Assembly: GCA_964478105.1 (NCBI GenBank)
Contig: CAYZHW010000001.1
Span: 1-34,267 of the forward strand
Reading direction: 5' to 3'
DNA from: an uncultured Lachnospiraceae bacterium
Lineage (GTDB): Bacteria > Bacillota > Clostridia > Oscillospirales > CAG-272
DNA length: 34,267 bases
Shown: one piece after another, positions 17,923 to 23,575 of the stretch
Position numbering within the stretch: position 1 is the first letter of the stretch
Layout: the number at the start of each line of letters is the position of its first letter
The notes under the pieces: model-generated
Seen by the model: the letters and a program-made list of their open reading frames with translations, nothing else
The model's database searches: none
What the model was told of the DNA's origin: nothing
Translations under genes and position numbers: made by a program

Positions 17923-18913
17923 AACAGAAAAGCTTTCGCAGATACGCTCGGACAACTTTCTGGTGCTCCGCATATACAGCACGCTCATAAACGAGGGTAT
18001 GCCCGAGGATGCTGCAGAGCTTATAGGGGGCATCGCGCGCGATGCCGATATAAGTGAAGAGCGGGCGTTTGCGGCGCTTTTGTCGGCGTTTTGCAATTTT
18101 GACTCGGATGAGGACCCCCACGATCTTGTGATCGAGCGTGAGTATTTTTCGCATATCAAAAAGCTCTCAAGCATTCCTTATGAAAATGACCCCTACTACA
18201 AAAATATAAAATTCCCGAATATAAGCTCGGGCAGATGGCAGATGGGACGCGAGAGCTACCGTCCGTACGAGCCCTTTGTGTGGCGCGATATCGTGCTGAC
18301 GGACGAGTTCCGCGAAATACCGCAGATAGGTTTTTTCGCAGAATCGTTTTCTTTCCCGGCGGTCTTTGAGGACGGCAGGGAATGGATGGCGATAAAGCCA
18401 AACGAGATCGAGACTATGCGCGCTCCGCTTGAGGCGGTGTCGGGAGATGTGCTCACGTACGGCCTCGGGCTCGGATATTTTACATATATGGCGAGCCTTA
18501 AAGACGAGGTGAGGAGCATCACGGTGGTCGAGCGCGACCCCGAGATGATCGGACTTTTTAAGGAGCATATCCTGCCGCAGTTTGCCTATGCCGACAAGGT
18601 GAAGATCGTTTGCTCGGACGCCTTTGAGTATGCAGAAACGAGAATTAAGAACGAGCATTTCGATTATGTTTTTGCCGATCTGTGGCACGACGCTTCGGAC
18701 GGATTTGATATGTATATCCGCTTAAAGCGCCTTGAGAAGAACAACGCGGGCGCAAAATACCTCTATTGGATAGAGGATACGCTCCTCTCGCGCCTGCGCT
18801 GGATGGCATATGATGCGCTTGTTGCAAAGGGCTTGTCAGACTCTCAGATACGCGAGTGCCTTGAGAGCGCATACCTAAAGAAATTGGCGTACGACCTCAA
18901 AAGACAAATATGA
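17909..18913 (+). CDS. Hypothetical protein with class-I SAM-methyltransferase / spermidine-synthase-like C-terminal fold
   Basis: AAGGAGG SD. Overlaps the previous gene by 14 nt. 'VLTYGLGLGYF' (GxGxG), 'ITVVERDPEM', 'VCSDAFEY' and 'DYVFADLW' follow the Rossmann MTase layout. The N-terminal ~170 aa are unrecognised. Confidence 0.55.
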   Translation: MGADKTEKLSQIRSDNFLVLRIYSTLINEGMPEDAAELIGGIARDADISEERAFAALLSAFCNFDSDEDPHDLVIEREYFSHIKKLSSIPYENDPYYKNIKFPNISSGRWQMGRESYRPYEPFVWRDIVLTDEFREIPQIGFFAESFSFPAVFEDGREWMAIKPNEIETMRAPLEAVSGDVLTYGLGLGYFTYMASLKDEVRSITVVERDPEMIGLFKEHILPQFAYADKVKIVCSDAFEYAETRIKNEHFDYVFADLWHDASDGFDMYIRLKRLEKNNAGAKYLYWIEDTLLSRLRWMAYDALVAKGLSDSQIRECLESAYLKKLAYDLKRQI

Positions 18914-18941
18914 ACAAATTGTAAACAAAACCGAGAAGTGA

Positions 18942-18970
18942 TTTACAGCTGTTATGAGGTGTGATAAAAT
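18942..18970 (+). promoter_or_regulatory. Candidate promoter of blaI-like gene 1 with overlapping inverted repeat
   Basis: TTTACA (18942-18947), a 17-nt spacer, then TAAAAT (18965-18970) preceded by TGa (extended -10). TGTAAA (18920-18925) and TTTACA (18942-18947) form an inverted repeat. Confidence 0.4.
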
Positions 18971-19008
18971 AATCAAAGATATTATTCGTAACTGAAGGGA
19001 GAATTCAA

Positions 19009-19389
19009 ATGAGAAACAACAGCTTTTCCGACGGTGAATGGAAAATTATGAAGGTATTGTGGCGCGACGGAAGCGCGTCTGTTGCCGCAATAGCAAACGA
19101 GCTTCGTGAAGAGACCTCTTGGTCTAATACCACTGTATTCGTTATGCTCAAGAGACTTATAGCTTCGGGTGTGGTCAGACTTGATGACAGCGTGCGTCCG
19201 CAGCTTTATTATCCGCTTGTCGAAAAGGACAAGGTCGTTCCCGAGGCAACAGCGTCCTTCCTTTCCAGAGTATTTGACGGAAATGTCGGTATGCTCGTGT
19301 CCTCTCTTACGACACAGAAAGATCTTTCGAAGGATGAGATATCCGAGCTTCGTGCTATTCTTGACGAGGCAGAGAAGAACGTAAAATGA
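19009..19389 (+). CDS. BlaI/MecI/CopY-family winged-helix transcriptional repressor (paralog 1)
   Basis: 126-aa ORF with 'EWKIMKVLWRDGSASVAAIANELREETSWSNTTVFVMLKRLIASGVV'. ATGA overlap with the downstream ORF. Confidence 0.85.
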   Translation: MRNNSFSDGEWKIMKVLWRDGSASVAAIANELREETSWSNTTVFVMLKRLIASGVVRLDDSVRPQLYYPLVEKDKVVPEATASFLSRVFDGNVGMLVSSLTTQKDLSKDEISELRAILDEAEKNVK

Positions 19390-19628
19390 TCTATTACGTA
19401 ATAAGTGTGTCAGCCCTTGCCGCGGCGGCGCTTCTCTCAAAAAGAGATTCGGAGCTTGCCTGCGATGAATCGGTGGCGAAAAAGCTTGACGACGGCTCGA
19501 CGTACTATATGGATACTGCGTACGCCGACTTTGAGAATTCGCGCGATAAGTACTACTTCACGACCGAATCAGACGCCCTTTACACGGGAAGAGTAAAAGA
19601 AGCCGCGCTTATTGCTACAGGAAAATAA
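19386..19628 (+). pseudogene. Internally deleted BlaR1/M56 sensor-protease remnant (80 aa)
   Basis: The N-terminal TM 'MIYYVISVSALAAAALL' runs directly into 'SKRDSELACDESVAKKLDD'. These correspond to 'MITYLISLSLLIAAVII' and 'SKQDAELACDETIASRLDE' of the full-length paralog. HExxH and the other TM segments are absent. Confidence 0.55.
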
Positions 19629-19633
19629 AAATT

Positions 19634-19664
19634 AAGAGGATCGAATTCGATCCTCTTTTTTATT
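19634..19664 (+). terminator. Rho-independent terminator after BlaI/BlaR locus 1
   Basis: Perfect palindrome 'aagaggatcgaattcgatcctctt' followed by 'tttttatt'. Confidence 0.8.
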
Positions 19665-19691
19665 AACAAAATGTAAATAGTAAAAATTGTG

Positions 19692-19743
19692 TGTTGACAA
19701 ACGTCGACAGGTATGATATCCTTGCTGTAGACAAACGTCGACA
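19692..19743 (+). promoter_or_regulatory. Two 18-nt direct repeats (putative BlaI-family operator pair)
   Basis: 'tgttgacaaacgtcgaca' (19692-19709) and 'tgtagacaaacgtcgaca' (19726-19743) match at 17/18 positions with a 34-bp period. The first overlaps the -35 and spacer, and the second lies around the predicted +1. Confidence 0.45.
19694..19722 (+). promoter_or_regulatory. Candidate promoter of BlaI/BlaR locus 2
   Basis: TTGACA (19694-19699), a 17-nt spacer, then TATCCT (19717-19722) preceded by TGa (extended -10). Confidence 0.5.
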
Positions 19744-19895
19744 CTTGCGCGAATATATTGTTAATGCAAACTTAAGCAGATACAATTCGCGCGCAAATTC
19801 GACTAAAAATGGGGCCCAACCTATTTTTGTTTCGGGTGAAACACGTCGAATTTCAAAGTGAATAGGATCAACAACAATATCGGGAGGACAATACA

Positions 19896-20276
19896 ATGAG
19901 TTATGTGAATTTATCGGAAGGCGAATGGAAGATAATGAAGGTGCTTTGGGAGAGCGCACCCAAAATGGGCGGAGAGATTGCCGCCGAGCTTGCAGATGAG
20001 ACGGGCTGGTCGCGCCCGACGGTTTTTGTTATGCTCAAGCGCCTTATGGCAAAGGGTGCGGTAAGGCTTGACGACAGCGGCAGATATCAGTATTACTATC
20101 CCACGGTCGAGCGTGAGGAATGCCGCGACAATGAGACGGATTCGTTTATCTCGCGTGTGTTTGATGGGAACGTAGGACTTCTCGTGACAAATCTCGCGGG
20201 TAGAAATAAACTGACAGATGAGGATATAAACGAGCTCAAAAAGCTTATAGCTGCGGCGGAGAAGGAGAGAAAATGA
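19896..20276 (+). CDS. BlaI/MecI/CopY-family transcriptional repressor (paralog 2)
   Basis: 126-aa ORF with 'EWKIMKVLWESAPKMGGEIAAELADETGWSRPTVFVMLKRLMAKGAV'. GGGAGG SD. ATGA overlap with the M56 gene. Confidence 0.85.
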   Translation: MSYVNLSEGEWKIMKVLWESAPKMGGEIAAELADETGWSRPTVFVMLKRLMAKGAVRLDDSGRYQYYYPTVEREECRDNETDSFISRVFDGNVGLLVTNLAGRNKLTDEDINELKKLIAAAEKERK

Positions 20277-23200
20277 TCACATATCTTATCTCGCTGTCGC
20301 TTCTTATAGCGGCGGTAATAATAGTAAGAGCGCTCTTCAGGCGCAGTGTGCCTCAGCGTGTTATCTATGCGCTCTGGCTTGTGGTGCTCGTACGCATCTG
20401 TCTGCCCTTCCAGATCTTTGCGGTCGAGATGCCGAGCTTTACGGCACCCGTGCTGAACATAACCGAAGAGACGACAACGGCTCCCGAGACGACGGTCTCT
20501 CCGATAATACCCGATGTGACGGTGCCTGCTCCGAGCGTGACTGTACCTTCGCCGAGCGTGAGCATACCCGCGCCCGTCACGCCCGTCACACCGATCACTC
20601 CTGTGACTCCGAGCGAGACAGTGGCTTCCGAGACGGGCGGATCCGTAACAGCCGCTTTGCCCGAGAGTATACCGCCCGTGCTCACACCCGAGACCCCGAA
20701 GACACAGATCGACATTCCGTGGACAAAGGTACTGTACACCGCGTGGGCGGCGGGTTCGGTGATATTTGCGCTCGCGCTTGCGGTGTCGGCAATGAATCTG
20801 TCGCTTAAGCTCAAGTGCGACAGAGAATATTATATGAATCTCGGCAAAACGAAGGTCTACGTGTCGGAGAGCGCACGCTCCCCGATGCTTTGGGGAATAG
20901 TTCCCGTGATATATCTTACTCCCGACAAAAAGGACAGCGAGGCTTATTCGCTCGTTCACGAACAGACCCATCTTCGCCACGGCGACCACATCTGGTCGAT
21001 AGTAAGAGTGTTTGCTCTCGTATTATTCTGGTGGAATCCGCTCGTGTGGGCAGCGGTGTATCTGTCAAAGCAGGATGCCGAGCTTGCCTGCGACGAGACG
21101 ATAGCTTCCCGCCTTGACGAAAATGCAAGAATAGAATATGCAAACGTGATAGTTAACAACATACCGCGCCGAGGCACGCTCGCAACAGGGCTTGCTTCTG
21201 CACCCATTAAAGAAAGGATAATTATGATCACAAGAAAGAACAATACCAGATGGCTTTGCATCCTTCTTGCCCTCGTACTTACCCTCGGAGCTGTAGGATG
21301 CTCGTTTATAGGACCGAAAGATCCCACTCCGCCCGACTCGTCTATCGAAAGCGAAGCCGATATAGCGGTCGCGGCGCTTGATGAAAAACTGGGAAAGAAA
21401 TTTACCCAATATTTAAGCGGCGTCGGCACAGATAATACTCTTCTCATCTCGTATATCGGAGATGACAGAGAGCCGCTTCTTTACGCAACGACCGACGGCG
21501 AGAATTTCAACAAGGTCGTAATAGAGATCCCCAAGACATACACCTACAACAACGCCGATATCGCATATATTTATCCTAACAAGATAATGATCGAGCTTGA
21601 GTTTCAGGGCGTGTACACTTATATCGAGTTTCTTGTAGACCAAAACGAGATCTTTGACGGTGTGCTCTCCAAGGATGAATGTTACCTTGTAGATTATCTC
21701 ACTTCGCCCCTGAGTTTTATGAAGACGCCCTGCACAAATTTCCCCATCACTTATGAAGCGGGAAACGGCCCGTTTGCCGCTTACGTTCAAAGTGACACAT
21801 CGGAGTATATTGATGTGTATAAGGAGAAATATCCCGAGAAGAGAGAAGACGTGATCGCAAGCATCCCGTGGGATGTGATCGCAGATTTTCCCGCAACAGA
21901 AAAGGCTGAGGGATGGCTGCCGTATTCGGTATGGTACGGCGAGACAGACGAGTTCTGTTGGGCTGTAATTGCAGGCGGAGTGCATCTCGGCTCGGACAAC
22001 CGTAATTTCTGCCTCTCGCGCGACGGCGGCAAGACCTGGGAGATAGGCGAGAGTGCAAAGACCCGGTCGGGAATTACCACAAGCGCGATATTTATATCCG
22101 AAGATATAGGACTTATGGGATATGAGCGAGGCGCGTATAACGGCATCGTTATCGCGCGCACCGACGACGGCGGCAAGAATTGGGAGCGGGTAGAGATCGA
22201 AGTTCCGACGGGACTTGCCGATTTCACGCAGACGACGCCGAGAAGTTTTAATTATGACGGCAAGACGATCACTTGCACTATCTCGCTTGAAGAAGGCATA
22301 GGCCCGAACACGAGCGTGGATATTCTTTCAACGGATGGCGGTGTGACCTGGCAGTATGAATATAACTGGTCGGGAAAAATAGGCACTTACCATACCGTAA
22401 TATCCAATTCGGGCACGCGCGAGGCTTATTTGGTTCCCGCCGCGATGTACGGATATAAGATGGGCGACGGAATTGCATATACAAGCTTTGAGAAGAACAC
22501 CAATTCCTATTGGACGACGTTAAGAGCAGGCGGTGACAGCGAGTTTTGCGTCGTCTTCGGTACACAGAACGATTACAAGGCGCAGGGTGATTTTGACGCA
22601 TATACGACCTATCACGTTACCGCAAAGAACGGACGCATCTTTAAGACCGAGCTTGTCGAAACAATTACAAAGGAGCTTGTGCTTGCGTCGGGAAAGGCGT
22701 ATGACGGCGAGCTCAAAGGCACGTACAAGGCAAAATCCTTCTCGCGCGGCGACGGACTCACAAACTATACTTTCTGCTTCAATAACGGCGATCTCACGCT
22801 TTCGGCGTATCGCGACGGCTCGGGTGCGGGCGGCACTTACAACGGCACTTATACCTATGATAAGACGAGTGGAAAACTATCCGCAAATTTAAGCTTTACT
22901 ACCGTTGAGAATGGTATGACTAAAACATCATTGGGTCATAATTTTACGGCAAAGGTATACGAATACGATGGATTTATTCATTTTATAATTACCGACAGCG
23001 GACTTTCGATGATAGACTCGAACGATCTTCTGCCCATCACATTCAGGCTCAACGACCGTCCCACCGACTTTGATATGATGTCAAATATCCTTATAAGCAG
23101 CGCCCTCACCGAGGCACAGCTCGCGGGCGAGGCGGCAAGCGACGAGGTCATACGCTATTTTATCGGACTCTCTTGCGTGAGCTATTACAGAGAAAACGGA

Positions 23201-23575
23201 TTTATCTACAGCAAGTATTGGCGTCTTATTGATGATGGATTGACCTGGTATATGTCCCACGACGATGCGGCACGGATCGCATATGAGGTCTTTGGAGCCG
23301 AGAATTACAGCGGCGGAGAGATAACGATACCAAACGGAATAGGTCTTGGCTCGAGTAACGGCTGGCGTATCGCCGTTATGACGGAAGAGCAAAACGGCGA
23401 CACCGCAGTGCTCACGTGCAAACTTGTGGGTGATGATATAACACAGCCCTCTGACAAAGTCTTCGGAAACTACCGCTTCACTTTCAAGTATATCACCGAG
23501 GGCGAGCGGGGATTTTGGAGATATATCGGTGCCGAGGAGATAGAGCACCTTTACACAGATACACTTGACGCATGA
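20273..23575 (+). CDS. BlaR1-like M56 signal-transducing metalloprotease with ~750-aa Asp-box (BNR-like) ectodomain
   Basis: TM helices, 'HEQTH' (aa 229-233, nt 20957-20971), 'ELACDE' and a late TM 'WLCILLALVLTLGAVGC'. Asp-box motifs are 'ATTDGENF', 'SRDGGKTW', 'TDDGGKNW' and 'STDGGVTW'. Confidence 0.85.
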   Translation: MITYLISLSLLIAAVIIVRALFRRSVPQRVIYALWLVVLVRICLPFQIFAVEMPSFTAPVLNITEETTTAPETTVSPIIPDVTVPAPSVTVPSPSVSIPAPVTPVTPITPVTPSETVASETGGSVTAALPESIPPVLTPETPKTQIDIPWTKVLYTAWAAGSVIFALALAVSAMNLSLKLKCDREYYMNLGKTKVYVSESARSPMLWGIVPVIYLTPDKKDSEAYSLVHEQTHLRHGDHIWSIVRVFALVLFWWNPLVWAAVYLSKQDAELACDETIASRLDENARIEYANVIVNNIPRRGTLATGLASAPIKERIIMITRKNNTRWLCILLALVLTLGAVGCSFIGPKDPTPPDSSIESEADIAVAALDEKLGKKFTQYLSGVGTDNTLLISYIGDDREPLLYATTDGENFNKVVIEIPKTYTYNNADIAYIYPNKIMIELEFQGVYTYIEFLVDQNEIFDGVLSKDECYLVDYLTSPLSFMKTPCTNFPITYEAGNGPFAAYVQSDTSEYIDVYKEKYPEKREDVIASIPWDVIADFPATEKAEGWLPYSVWYGETDEFCWAVIAGGVHLGSDNRNFCLSRDGGKTWEIGESAKTRSGITTSAIFISEDIGLMGYERGAYNGIVIARTDDGGKNWERVEIEVPTGLADFTQTTPRSFNYDGKTITCTISLEEGIGPNTSVDILSTDGGVTWQYEYNWSGKIGTYHTVISNSGTREAYLVPAAMYGYKMGDGIAYTSFEKNTNSYWTTLRAGGDSEFCVVFGTQNDYKAQGDFDAYTTYHVTAKNGRIFKTELVETITKELVLASGKAYDGELKGTYKAKSFSRGDGLTNYTFCFNNGDLTLSAYRDGSGAGGTYNGTYTYDKTSGKLSANLSFTTVENGMTKTSLGHNFTAKVYEYDGFIHFIITDSGLSMIDSNDLLPITFRLNDRPTDFDMMSNILISSALTEAQLAGEAASDEVIRYFIGLSCVSYYRENGFIYSKYWRLIDDGLTWYMSHDDAARIAYEVFGAENYSGGEITIPNGIGLGSSNGWRIAVMTEEQNGDTAVLTCKLVGDDITQPSDKVFGNYRFTFKYITEGERGFWRYIGAEEIEHLYTDTLDA

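Noticed and set aside
20520-20615. Short tandem DNA repeats (21-nt and 9-nt periods) that could be mistaken for a mini CRISPR or VNTR locus.
   Set aside because: They are in frame inside the M56 ORF and encode a Pro/Thr/Val linker. There is no repeat-spacer architecture. They are reported only as a low-interest coding repeat.
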